Source: an uncultured delta proteobacterium (GTDB taxonomy: Bacteria > Desulfobacterota > Desulfobulbia > Desulfobulbales > Desulfocapsaceae). From it: a stretch of DNA of 64,000 bases. Shown one piece after another: positions 51,210 through 62,000 of the stretch; the first letter of the stretch is position 1, and the number at the start of each line of letters is the position of its first letter. Position numbers and translations under genes: made by a program. Under the pieces are notes generated by a model, which did not search any database, was not told where the DNA came from, and saw only the letters and a list, made by a program, of their open reading frames with translations. The DNA lies in the NCBI GenBank assembly GCA_903875445.1, contig CAIQWD010000027.1, positions 43,223-107,222 on the forward strand, written 5' to 3'.

Positions 51210-51308
51210 AGGACAGGCCGTACAAGAAAGGGGCAGCCATCACCGTGTCCACTGCGGATGCGGTGAAACAGGGCTGTCAATGGCCGGCAAGGGAGCCGTG
51301 GTTGGGGT

Positions 51309-53945
51309 ATGAAAAGAGAAGACATCGCACTGCATCTTCGACAGTCCCTCCTTTTTAAGGATGCCACTGCCTCTGAAATCGAATCCTATGCCGGGGGTGC
51401 CCGGGTACAGATTATTCCGGAAGGGCAGTATGTGTACCGACAGGGGGAGGCCAGCGAGGTTTTCTTTATCCTTGCCATGGGGGAGGCGGAGCTGGTTCTC
51501 GGCAGTGACAACGGTCGTGTGAAAATCGTCGGGAGAATAGGGCCGGGCGGTCATTTTGGCGAGACCGGTATCCTTACCGACAAGCCGCGCTCGCTTTCGG
51601 TCCGTGCCCTGTGCGATCTTGTAGTCATCTGCTTTGACAAACGTTATTTCAAGATCACCCTCCTTGCCAACAGCAGGATACACAGGCAGTTGGACGCGAT
51701 CCTCGCCGAGAGGCTGCGGGTGGCTTTCCTCGATCAGGTGGACCCGAGCAGCGAGGGAAGTCGGCAGGAGGAAGAATCCGAGGCGGATGACGTCATTCTT
51801 TTCAAAGAGTCGAATATGTCGGCCATCAGTCTCAGACGCTTGGCCCGGAGGCGACAAGACGATATTCGAGAATCGAAAACGGCGCAAAAAACCCAGGCGG
51901 TAGTCGATCAATTGGCGATGAGTAGTTCGCCCTTCATCCTCACCGGTGAGGCGGGGACCGGCAAACTCATCATCGCCCGGCAGATCCATCTGCAGAGTAA
52001 ACGCGCCGGCGGACAGTTCCTGGAGGTGGATTTGCGCGACTTTGAGCCCCTGCAACTGGAACGCGTCTTATTCGGCAATGAACAGAGTGCCTTTCCCTTT
52101 GTCCAGGCTCGTCAGGCCGGATTGTTCGAGCAGACCGCCAACGGCACCCTGGTTTTCACCCACATTCATTTGATGAAAGAAGAGTTGCAGGAAAAGCTTG
52201 TGCGGATTCTCGAAAGCAGCAGTTACCATCACATCGACAGTAATCGGCAGGTGGCGATGCAATCGCGACTTGCCTTTATCAGTTCCTATCCCCTCGATCA
52301 TCTGCGGAGCACCGGCAAACTGTTGCCGGAATTGCTCGCTCTGATACAGGGTCGGCACTTCCACGTTCCACCCCTGCGCAACCACAAGGAGGATCTGCCA
52401 CGCCTGGTGCTCCATTACCTTGAGCGTTTCAGCAAGGAATACGGCAAGAAGATCTTTAAGGTGTCCCCGGAAACCCTGGGCATTTTCATGAACTACGATT
52501 GGCCCGGCAATCTGACCGAATTGTCCAGCGTCATTCGCCGGGCGGTCATGCTGGCAAAAAAAGATGAAATCGTCGCCGAACAGATTTTACTTGGCCTGCC
52601 GAAGACGGAAGGCAAGTGGGAGTATAATATCCTGCGCATCGCCTGGATCAGGAAATTTCTCGAAAGCCGCATCTTTCCGAGGGTTCCTCAAGTTATTATC
52701 GGTTGTGTCCTGTTGATTACCGTTGTCTTTCTCTTTTTTGGGCCGTCGGACCCGCAGGCGAATATCGGCCTAACCCTGGGGTGGTACATCGGTTGGCCGC
52801 TGATGTTTTTCTCGTTCTTCTTTCTCGCCAGAACGTGGTGCAGCGTCTGCTCCCTTGCCCTGCCTGGGACCCTTCTGCAAAATATCGTCAAACCGACACG
52901 TAAGACTCCTGAGTTCATCAAGGAGTATTCCGGTTGGATCATGGCCATGCTGTGTATTTTGGTGTTTTGGATCGAGATTGTCTGGGACGCGTATAACAAT
53001 CCTTATCTGACCGGTGGAATCATCCTCATCATTACCTTGGGTTCTATCCTCTTCAGTGTGCTCTTTTCCAGGCGCAGCTGGTGCCGCTACCTTTGTCCCC
53101 TGGGAGCGGTGAACGCTATTTTTGCCATGCCTTCGGTTGTTGAATTGCGCTCGAACAGGCACGTCTGCCTCAATCGTTGTCAGAATCACTCATGTTTTAC
53201 CGGGGATGGAGATAATTCCGGCTGTCCGATGTTCAGACATCCCTATCTGGTCGATAACAACCGGGACTGCATCATGTGTGCGAAATGTATCAAGAGCTGC
53301 GGCAATAGTTCGATTCAACTGAATTTGCGTCTTGCACCACAGGAATTGTGGGCGTTAGAGACACCGCGACGGGCCGACAGCTTCCTTATCGTCTCCATGG
53401 GGGCGATCTTTTTCCCCTTTGCCCTGCAAAGCGAGTTTTTCCGACTGACCGACTGGCTGGTGACCCTTGCCGCTCATGCGGGTATATTGCTTCCCGGGCA
53501 TCTCGTCGGCAGCGTCATCTTTTTTTTGTTAATCCTGGTGTTCCAGATCGGCTACTACCTCATGGTGACCATTCAGTCCCTGTATGCCAGAATAGACAAA
53601 AATCTACTGCTCCCCCTCTTCGGCTATGGGGTCATTCCTCTTATTCTTGGCGGCTATATGGCCCTGCACCTGGAATTTTTCGTCAGAGGTGCCGGGCGAA
53701 TACTTCCTAACGTCCAGGAATTGCTCGGTATGCATTCTTCCTATGAAAATTTGCGACTGATCAGCGGCGACAGCACCCATGTCTTGCAAATTTTGACGGT
53801 GCTTGGTGGTTTTTTGGCTTCGCTTTATGTTACCTATCGGATCACCGAGCGGGTGCTGGTCGGCGATGCCTTGACCTCAAAAGCTTTGGCCATTCCTTTC
53901 AGTTTTCTCACGATTCTTGCGGGACTGTTCGTCTTCATGGTTTAG
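51309..53945 (+). CDS. cNMP-binding / degenerate sigma54-type AAA / membrane 4Fe-4S fusion protein
   Basis: cNMP GHFGETGILTDKPRSLSVRA, GEAGTGK, WPGNL, multiple TM segments, WCSVC, WCRYLCPLG and CIMCAKCIKSC. Confidence 0.85.
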   Translation: MKREDIALHLRQSLLFKDATASEIESYAGGARVQIIPEGQYVYRQGEASEVFFILAMGEAELVLGSDNGRVKIVGRIGPGGHFGETGILTDKPRSLSVRALCDLVVICFDKRYFKITLLANSRIHRQLDAILAERLRVAFLDQVDPSSEGSRQEEESEADDVILFKESNMSAISLRRLARRRQDDIRESKTAQKTQAVVDQLAMSSSPFILTGEAGTGKLIIARQIHLQSKRAGGQFLEVDLRDFEPLQLERVLFGNEQSAFPFVQARQAGLFEQTANGTLVFTHIHLMKEELQEKLVRILESSSYHHIDSNRQVAMQSRLAFISSYPLDHLRSTGKLLPELLALIQGRHFHVPPLRNHKEDLPRLVLHYLERFSKEYGKKIFKVSPETLGIFMNYDWPGNLTELSSVIRRAVMLAKKDEIVAEQILLGLPKTEGKWEYNILRIAWIRKFLESRIFPRVPQVIIGCVLLITVVFLFFGPSDPQANIGLTLGWYIGWPLMFFSFFFLARTWCSVCSLALPGTLLQNIVKPTRKTPEFIKEYSGWIMAMLCILVFWIEIVWDAYNNPYLTGGIILIITLGSILFSVLFSRRSWCRYLCPLGAVNAIFAMPSVVELRSNRHVCLNRCQNHSCFTGDGDNSGCPMFRHPYLVDNNRDCIMCAKCIKSCGNSSIQLNLRLAPQELWALETPRRADSFLIVSMGAIFFPFALQSEFFRLTDWLVTLAAHAGILLPGHLVGSVIFFLLILVFQIGYYLMVTIQSLYARIDKNLLLPLFGYGVIPLILGGYMALHLEFFVRGAGRILPNVQELLGMHSSYENLRLISGDSTHVLQILTVLGGFLASLYVTYRITERVLVGDALTSKALAIPFSFLTILAGLFVFMV

Positions 53946-53988
53946 GATTGGCAACGAAAATATAAAGCCCATATTTCGTAACGGCTCC
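53945..53988. repeat. Degenerate copy of the MITE-like element
   Basis: Right end ATTTCGTAACGGCTCC|TAA matches the 46.9-kb copy at 15/16. The left end is degenerate (GGATTGGCAACGAAAAT) and overlaps the upstream TAG stop. Confidence 0.55.
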
Positions 53989-54163
53989 TAAGCTTTGTTG
54001 TAAATATTGGATTGACTAATTCCCGGGGAGTTGCCACAATATACAGATTACAAAACGGAAGACGGAAAGGAAAAAATGAGCAAACAAAGAATGTTTGTAT
54101 AACTGCCTTCCTAAGATTCCAAGTCAATTTTGGTCGTAACTCATCTCTATCGCCAACATATCT

Positions 54164-54928
54164 ATGAAAACCGTCGGTTTTATTATCTTATTGTTTATCC
54201 TCCTGTGTCAGCCACTTTTCTCGGTAGCCGGCGACAATTCTCCGGCTCCTAATATTTTCCCAAATCTCCTCGATGAGGAGGTAAGTGTCGACGAGGCAGT
54301 TGAGAGAGGACAAGAGGTGGCGGTTTATGATCCGCTGGAATCGATGAATCGGTTCCTTTTTGAGGTCAATGATCGGCTGTATATCTGGGCGGTGAAGCCG
54401 GTTACCAAAGGCTACCGATTGGTTCTGCCCCATGAACTCCGGGAAAGCCTTGGAAATTTCTTCCTTAATATCAGTTTTCCGGTGAATTTTCTCAATTCCG
54501 TTTTGCAAGGCGACTTCAGTACCATGGCCATTGTTGCGGAACGGTTTCTCATCAACAGCACAATAGGCATTTGCGGCCTGGTCGATGTGGCTGCCGGCGA
54601 GTTTGATATCGGCCCTCGGCGTGCCGATTTTGGTCAGACCCTCGGGCGGTGGGGGATCGGAGAAGGAATGTTTATCTACTGGCCGTTAGTTGGTCCTTCC
54701 AATTTGCGAGACACCATCGGTTTGACAGCTGACACCTTTGCCAAGCCGCTCCCCTATTTATACGATGATCGCATGATTGATCTCGCTATCTATTCAACCG
54801 AAAGGATCAATGTCCTGTCTCTCAACCCGGGTCTTTACGAAGATCTGAAAAGGTACTCACTGGATCCTTACGTAGCTGCCCGTCAGGCATATTCCGAATA
54901 TCGTAGGAGCCTCCTCGTTCGAGACTGA
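54164..54928 (+). CDS. mlaA: VacJ/MlaA-family lipoprotein
   Basis: DPLESMNRFLF, RFLINSTIGICGL, DFGQTLGRWG.GEG and GPSNLRD. Confidence 0.9.
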   Translation: MKTVGFIILLFILLCQPLFSVAGDNSPAPNIFPNLLDEEVSVDEAVERGQEVAVYDPLESMNRFLFEVNDRLYIWAVKPVTKGYRLVLPHELRESLGNFFLNISFPVNFLNSVLQGDFSTMAIVAERFLINSTIGICGLVDVAAGEFDIGPRRADFGQTLGRWGIGEGMFIYWPLVGPSNLRDTIGLTADTFAKPLPYLYDDRMIDLAIYSTERINVLSLNPGLYEDLKRYSLDPYVAARQAYSEYRRSLLVRD

Positions 54929-55521
54929 GTGGCAACACCAGAACCTCATTCCAAGTTAGGCGTTGTTATTGCCAGGTCGATGGGCCAAAAAAGAAATCGG
55001 GCAGAAAATACAAACTGCGTAGATTCTACCCGATTGGGGGGGCTTGATAATCTCCCTCGTGGGGTTACCCTTTTTAAAGCAAAGGGCGTGCCATGAATCA
55101 ATCAATTATATTTTCTCATTAAGATGATTTATTTCAGTTCCTTATATCCGGTCCTATGGTTTCCATAAAAAACCAAGTGGCATTCAATTACATAAAACCT
55201 GTTAGCATTTCCAAAGTGTAATTCAAGGCTGTTACTGGTAATTCGGGTCCCGGTACCGAGCGGAGAGCGGATTTTCGCAAAAGAAGCAATTGCTGCGAGA
55301 ATTTTGCGGTTTTCCGACAATTGCTGCTAGACTTGTCACGTCTTTTTATGTTAGTGATTCCTACAGCATTTCCTAGTGATACTAAGGAAGTGTCAAGAAA
55401 GTGCCAAGGTTCGCCTGGTGCCGACGCCGGTGCCGTATGGGGAGCCAAAATGCGATGTGCTGCAGAGATGTGCTCTTACGAGTGCTAGCCGTTTAGCCTA
55501 CAAACGGCATGGGGTTGAAGG

Positions 55522-57624
55522 ATGAAACGATTCATTAGATATGGTGTTGTTCCTGTAGGGATTTTTTTCATTCTCTTGCTTGTTACCGTCATCCTTATTC
55601 CTATTTTGGTAAACGTCCAAAAATATGTTCCGGAGATTGAAAAACAAGTCAACAAGGCCACCGGAAGAGCGTTTTCACTCGGTCCGGATCTCGGGGTGTC
55701 TTTTTTTCCCTGGCTGAGTATTTCCTTTTCCGATATGAAAATCGGCAATCCGCCGGGTTTTTCGAGTGACGAGTTTATCAAGGTACGAAGCTTCGAAGCG
55801 AGAATTAAGGTATTGCCCCTGTTGCGGAAACGGATTGAAATAAGTCGCTTTGTCGTCGGAGGCCTGTCGGTTAATCTTGAGAAAAACGCGTCTGGACAGG
55901 TTAACTGGGAGTTCGGGGGGGAAGCGGAAAGCGGTAAAGACTCCGCGACATCCCCTCCCTTTTCTCTTGGCCTTCTTGCGGAAAAACTGTCCTTTGCCCT
56001 CTTGGCTGTGACTGATGGTCAGGTGAAGTGGCATGACAGCACGCAGAACGTTAAGTACCAGGTTGAGGACATCATGCTGCTGCTCAACGATTTCACTCCT
56101 GATCGTCCGGTTTCCCTGGATTGCAAGGCTACCTTCGATGGAAAAGCGGTGGCTGTCGAAGGCAAGGTTGGTCCGATAATGGAGGAGAAAAACAATCAGG
56201 GCGCTTTGCCGGTCGATCTTGTTTTCAGTGTGGTGAACAAAATGCGGGGACAAATGCGGGGCACGATCACCCCACAGGACAAGATTCCGAACTTTGACTT
56301 GTCTCTGCACCTTTATTCTTTTTCTCCTCGCGATTTTTTATCCGCCTGTGATCTGCCTTTTCCTCTACAGACCAAAGATCCCGAGACATTCAGGGCTTCC
56401 GATCTGGAATTTACGGCTCGTGGCGACAAGGAGAAAATCACCATCGAGAAGGGCATTGGCCATCTCGATGACTCGAAACTGAATTTTTCGCTTCTGGCCC
56501 AAAACTTCAAGCATCCGCAGGTCGATTTCACCCTCGATCTCGACCGAATCGATCTTGATCGCTACCTGCCGCTCTCCATCCCGGAGGATCAAACCGATGA
56601 AAAAAATCCCGGGCAGGAGGAGGCCGTCGGCGGATGCAGGACGTGGAGGGATCTTGCCCTGGCCGGAGTCATTCAGGTCGGTGCCTTGAAAATGCATGGG
56701 GGAACCATGACGGAGGTGCATCTGCCGCTGCAGAGTAAAGAGGGCATCCTCACCGTGGCACCGGCCACCTTCAACATCGGTAGGGGACAAGTGGAGGCCG
56801 CTTTAACCCTTGATCTGCCTGCCGCAACTCCGACCATGCAGGCGACCTTTAAAGCCCAAGGGCTTGAGGCCGAAGCGCTGTTGCACGATTATTTCGGCTG
56901 GGACGCTCTGCGTGGCACCCTCTCCGCCGACCTGGCGCTGCAGTTTGCCGGCGGCAGGTTGGAACCGATGAACCTGAGTGGCGAGGCGACGTTACTTATA
57001 CGGGACGGCTCACTGGTCGGCCTCGATTTAACCCGGACGACAGGAATGGATGGAACGCATGATAGCTCGCACGGTGCTGTTGCCGTTGACGTTCCAAAAG
57101 AAAAGCTGTCGACTGATTTCACCGAGGCTAAAAGTGTCGTCACCATCAATAACGGCCTTGTGCAAATCCGTGAGGCAAGTCTCGTTGCCCCGGACTGCAA
57201 CCTGCAGATAAGCGGTACCGCTGACCTTGCTCGGCAGCAGTTGAACCTGCAGGTGAAAACCGGTTTTGTGACAACGGTCCTTGGTAAGGGCGGTCGCGAG
57301 GAAAAGGTGGATCACTCCTCCCTCTCTACAATCAGCGGTACTTTTACCGAGCCGGAAATTAACACCCGGGAGGTCTTGGCGAGTGGCGGCAATACCGGTG
57401 GCAGAAACAATCTCAAACATCTGGTGGCGCAAAAACTGTCGTCACCGCTTGAAGACGATGTGAAAAATCTGGTAGGGAAGGATCTTGTCGACCCGGCAGT
57501 TGTCGCCCAGCGATTTCGATTGCAGCCTGAGACCTTGCGGCGCACTGAGATCAAGAAAAAACTGCCAATCGGAACGGGGAAGGTACATATCGATGCCTTG
57601 CGGGAAGAAACAACGCTCCGTTAG
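55522..57624 (+). CDS. AsmA-family protein
   Basis: N-terminal TM, ATGRAF, SFFPWL, LEKNASGQVNW, IDLDRYLP and C-terminal G.ADL..QQL. Confidence 0.85.
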   Translation: MKRFIRYGVVPVGIFFILLLVTVILIPILVNVQKYVPEIEKQVNKATGRAFSLGPDLGVSFFPWLSISFSDMKIGNPPGFSSDEFIKVRSFEARIKVLPLLRKRIEISRFVVGGLSVNLEKNASGQVNWEFGGEAESGKDSATSPPFSLGLLAEKLSFALLAVTDGQVKWHDSTQNVKYQVEDIMLLLNDFTPDRPVSLDCKATFDGKAVAVEGKVGPIMEEKNNQGALPVDLVFSVVNKMRGQMRGTITPQDKIPNFDLSLHLYSFSPRDFLSACDLPFPLQTKDPETFRASDLEFTARGDKEKITIEKGIGHLDDSKLNFSLLAQNFKHPQVDFTLDLDRIDLDRYLPLSIPEDQTDEKNPGQEEAVGGCRTWRDLALAGVIQVGALKMHGGTMTEVHLPLQSKEGILTVAPATFNIGRGQVEAALTLDLPAATPTMQATFKAQGLEAEALLHDYFGWDALRGTLSADLALQFAGGRLEPMNLSGEATLLIRDGSLVGLDLTRTTGMDGTHDSSHGAVAVDVPKEKLSTDFTEAKSVVTINNGLVQIREASLVAPDCNLQISGTADLARQQLNLQVKTGFVTTVLGKGGREEKVDHSSLSTISGTFTEPEINTREVLASGGNTGGRNNLKHLVAQKLSSPLEDDVKNLVGKDLVDPAVVAQRFRLQPETLRRTEIKKKLPIGTGKVHIDALREETTLR

Positions 57625-57773
57625 CAGTACCGGGTGAATTGCCTATCCTCCGGCATCATTCTTTTCTCCGGTCAAATCTTTTGATGATTTCCTCTGTTGC
57701 GGCAGGAATCCAGTTGCCGGTGGATTCCATGACAACCGTGCTGCCCTGAAGCTCGTCGGTTTCCTTTGATGTT

Positions 57774-57789
57774 CTGTATTAATGTACAG
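57774..57789. promoter_or_regulatory. Putative LexA (SOS) box, E. coli type
   Basis: CTGT-ATTAATGT-ACAG, ending 42 nt upstream of the probable imuB ATG. Confidence 0.55.
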
Positions 57790-57831
57790 TTTACACTTTA
57801 CATTAACCATACATTTCGTTACATATGCTTT

Positions 57832-59019
57832 ATGGAACGAAAGATCATTCATCTGAATATTGCAGACTTCGGCGTTGCGGTAGAACGTCTGCTCGACAAC
57901 AGCCTGAAAGGCAAGGCATTGATCCTTGCCGAACCATCGGCTCGTTCCGTGGTGTACGATATGAGCGACGAGGCTTATGGCGATGGGGTGCGCAAGGGAA
58001 TGCAACTCAGCATTGCCCGGAACCGGTGCCGTCGGGCTGTGGTTTTCCCACCTCGTCCGGAACACTACCAAAAAGCCCTGACTCCTTGTCTGCAGCATGC
58101 ATTGCACTATACTCCTCTGGTTGAACGTTCCAGCGGCAACGGCCATCTCTACCTCGATGTCACCGGTACGCAACGGCTTTTCGGCTCACCTCCCGACATC
58201 GGATGGCGACTCCGTAATACTCTCCGACAAGACATCGGCCTCGATCCCATCTGGTCCTTGGCACCCAATAAACTGGTGGCCAAGGTGGCAAGCCGATTGG
58301 TCAAACCCTTGGGCGAGTACATTGTTGCCGATGGGGAGGAGGCCTCCTTTCTTGCTCCCTTGCCGCTCATGCTCCTCCCCGGCATGTCGATCCCTGATTT
58401 GATTCGGCTGCGACAGGTAAATATCCACAAGGTGTATCAAGCGGCCGCTCTTTCGCTTCGGGAACTCAGTGTGCTCTGTGATCATCGGGCCGACTTTCTC
58501 TATAGCGCAGTTCGCGGAGTTGATCCGACACCCGTTCAAGCGAATGGTTCGGCGCGCCCCAATTTTGTCCATCGGCACATTTTTTCCCCGGATACCAATA
58601 ACGAGCAGGTCATACGCGCCGCTCTCACGACCCTCGCCCAGCAAGCCGGTTATAGCCTGCGACAACAGCATCTCGGTTGTCGCAGGCTGACCGTACATAT
58701 ACTGTATAGCGACGGTCTCAACGTTACCCGGCAAGCCGGCGTGAAATTGCCGATGAACGATGATGTCACCCTGAGAGAACAGGCAGTCCGCCTCCTTCAG
58801 CGCAGCTGCCGGCGGCGCGTCCGTTTGCGGCAGATTGCGTTGGCTTGCTCTCAGATGTGTCACCCTGTGCGGCAGTTATCGCTTTTTGAGGTGGTTGATT
58901 GCCGACAGCAGAAGAACAAACGGCTCAGCGAAGCCTTTGATACAATCCGTAATCGTTGTGGGGGCGACAAGATATATCGAGGATCGCAGCAGCCGATGGT
59001 CGCTGCCCGACCGGCATGA
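57832..59019 (+). CDS. imuB: ImuB-like catalytically inactive Y-family polymerase
   Basis: DinB fold (GM.LSIAR.RC, LYLDVTG..RLFG, NKLVAKVAS) but catalytic Asp/Glu appear replaced (HLNIADF; SSGNGHL). Clamp motif RQLSLF. Confidence 0.8.
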   Translation: MERKIIHLNIADFGVAVERLLDNSLKGKALILAEPSARSVVYDMSDEAYGDGVRKGMQLSIARNRCRRAVVFPPRPEHYQKALTPCLQHALHYTPLVERSSGNGHLYLDVTGTQRLFGSPPDIGWRLRNTLRQDIGLDPIWSLAPNKLVAKVASRLVKPLGEYIVADGEEASFLAPLPLMLLPGMSIPDLIRLRQVNIHKVYQAAALSLRELSVLCDHRADFLYSAVRGVDPTPVQANGSARPNFVHRHIFSPDTNNEQVIRAALTTLAQQAGYSLRQQHLGCRRLTVHILYSDGLNVTRQAGVKLPMNDDVTLREQAVRLLQRSCRRRVRLRQIALACSQMCHPVRQLSLFEVVDCRQQKNKRLSEAFDTIRNRCGGDKIYRGSQQPMVAARPA

Positions 59020-62000
59020 TTTGCTTCGGCCTCCATTCGCATTTCTCGCTGATGCAGGGTACCGCCAGCCCCCGGAGTCTGTGCCGACAGGCCGGGAAGA
59101 TGGGTTATCGCACTCTGGCCCTGACCGATATCAATAATCTCTACGGTCTGTGGCCTTTTCTCGCCGCCTGCGCCGAGGAAAATCTCACTCCGATCATTGG
59201 TGCCGAAATACGAACGGATAGATTCCGGCTCTTCTGTCTGGTTAAGGACCGAAACGGATACCGCAACCTCTGCCGCCTGCTTACCGAACGTCACTGCAAG
59301 CCCACTTTCGATCTGCAAACCGCCGTGACTGCCCATCACGATGGCCTGGTACTGCTGGCGTCGGATGAGACGCTTCTCTCTCACTGCCGGGATATCGGCG
59401 CCGATACGGCAGCGGCGCTGATCGGCCACCCCGATCAACACAACAGCCGTCTGCGGCAATCGGCACTTCGCCAAAGAATTCCAGTCCTTGCCATGGGGGA
59501 CACCTTCTTTCTCGACCGCACAGAATACTCTTCCTATAGGTTGTTGCGGGCCATCGACAGCAACAGCTCTCTTTGCCGATTGCCGCAGAGCGAAACCGTT
59601 ACAGATGGAGCACATCTCATTCCTCCTACCGAGTTGGCTCGCCGCTTCCAGGTCTGGCCGGAAAGTTTATCTCAGGCAACCCTGATTGCCGAAAAATGCA
59701 GCTTTCGCTCGCCACGAGCCGGCCTGATCATGCCTCCCTGGGAGCATGAAGATCCGGACGAGCAACTCCACCAAGCCGCCTACGAAGGAGCAGGGCAGCG
59801 CTACGGCACGCCGCTGCCGACAGAGGTTATTACTCGGCTCGAATATGAACTCGGCGTCATTGCTGCCATGCGATTTTCGTCATATTTTCTGGTAGTACGC
59901 GATATCGTCGGACCGGTTGCCCGAACCTGCGGCCGCGGCTCCGGGGCTGCCTCTCTTGTCGCCTACTGTCTCGGTATCACCAATGTCTGTCCGATACGCC
60001 ACAATCTCTATTTCGAGCGATTTCTCAATCCCGGCCGTACCGATCCCCCGGACATCGACATCGACTTTGCCTGGGATGAGCGAGACCGGATCTTGTCCTC
60101 GGTCTTGCAACGTTTTGGCGCCCATGCGGCGATGGTGGCCAACCATGTCGCCCTCCAACCGCGCATGGCGATCCGCGAAACCGCCAAGGTATTCGGCATT
60201 CCCGGCGGCGAGATCAGCCGGGTAACCAAGAAGCTGCCATGGATTTGGCGAGCCGATACCGAAGACGACGGATATCTGGCTGTTTTGCAGGATCTGCCCC
60301 AGATGCGGGATGTCGATCTTTCCGGCCCATGGCCCGAGATTCTCCGGCTGGCTTCCCGAATCAGCGGTATTCCCCGGTATCTTTCCGTGCATCCGGGCGG
60401 TGTGATCATCACCCCTGATCCGATAACTGATTATGTGCCGGTGCAGATGGCACCCAAAGGGGTACCGATCATCCAGTGGGAAAAAGACGGGACGGAGGAG
60501 GCGGGCCTCGTGAAGATCGATCTGCTCGGTAACCGTAGCCTCGGTGTGATCCGCGATGCAGTCCGTCAGGTGCGGGCGAACGGCCACTGCCTGTGCGAAC
60601 GGAGCTGGCTGCCGGAGGATGACCCGGCTACGCAGCGGACCGTGGCCCAAGGTTTGACCATGGGCTGTTTCTATATCGAAAGCCCGGCAATGCGGCTTTT
60701 ACAGCAACGATCCGACTGTGGCGACTTCGAACATTTGGTCATCCATTCTTCCATCATCCGGCCGGCAGCCAACGAATTCATCCGCGAATATCTGCGGCGT
60801 TTGCATGGGGCTTCCTGGCAGCCCCTGCATCCTCTTTTGGCCGGGGTGCTTGATGAAACCTATGGGATCATGGTCTATCAGGAGGACGTGTCGCGGGTCG
60901 CCGTGCAGTTCGGTTTTTCCCATGCCGATGCCGACCGGTTACGGAAAATCATGTCGAAAAAGGACAAGGAAAAACAACTGAAAGATTATCGCCACCAGTT
61001 TTTTGCATCCGCTACTGAACGTGGGCTGCCGGAAGCCGATACCATTCGGATATGGGACATGATGATGAGCTTTGACGGTTACTCTTTTTGTAAGCCGCAT
61101 TCTGCGAGTTATGCCCGCGTTTCCTTTCAGGCCGCCTACCTGAAAACCCACTTTCCCGCCGAATTCATGGCAGCGGTTATTTCCAATCAGGGCGGATTCT
61201 ATTCGACCTTCGCCTATGTCTCCGAGGCGCGGCGACTCGGTCTGGCTATCCTGCCGCCGGATGTCAACCGCAGTGAGATATATTGGCAGGGAGGACAGTG
61301 CCGGATACGGGTAGGCTTGATGGCCATTGCTAGGCTTTGTGGCGAAACGGCGGCCAGGATTATTGCCTTACGGAAGGAGAAACCGTTCGTTTCGATGTTC
61401 GATTTTCTCCGGCGCGTCCAGCCCAAAGAAGATGAATGTATGGCTCTCATCCAGGCCGGTGCCCTGGATACCTTGCAAGCCGATGGGTGGCAGGTTGCGT
61501 CGAACCGCAGTAGTCTTTTCTGGTTGCTTGCCAGTTGGCGAAAAACCCAGACATTTGCCCAAGCCTCGCTTTTTTCCTTTGAACCAACGCCTCCCTCCCT
61601 GCCTCCCGATGATCCGCTGGAGAGGTTGCGCAACGAATACAAGGCCCTGGGGTTTCTCTGTACAGTGCATCCGATAACTCTTTTTGCCGAACAGCGAAGG
61701 CGCGCCGGGGCGGCAACAGCTAAAGAACTGCTCTGCGTACCCCTTGATACTGCGGCACGTAACCGCCATCGTTTCCTCGGCTGGCTGATTACCGGCAAGA
61801 TTGTCGGCACCAAAAGCGGGGAACCTATGGAGTTCCTAACTTTTGAGGATGAAACCGGCCTGGTGGAATGCACCTTCTTCCCCAAGGTCTATGAACGGTC
61901 TTGCCACCTCCTCTACCGTAAGGGGCCGCTCTTACTGGAAGGCTATCTGGAGGAGGAATTTGGCGCCCGCACCCTCACTGTTGAACGTGCCGCCGGAGCT

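Noticed and set aside
55392-55406. Sigma54 promoter-like TGGCAC...TTGA on the minus strand
   Set aside because: The spacing is one base short, the -12 GC is absent, and no gene lies downstream on that strand.
54929-55521. c-di-GMP or other riboswitch, or a structural RNA
   Set aside because: No GEMM, T-box, SRP, 6S, tmRNA or RNase P signature was recognised by eye. A covariance search is needed.
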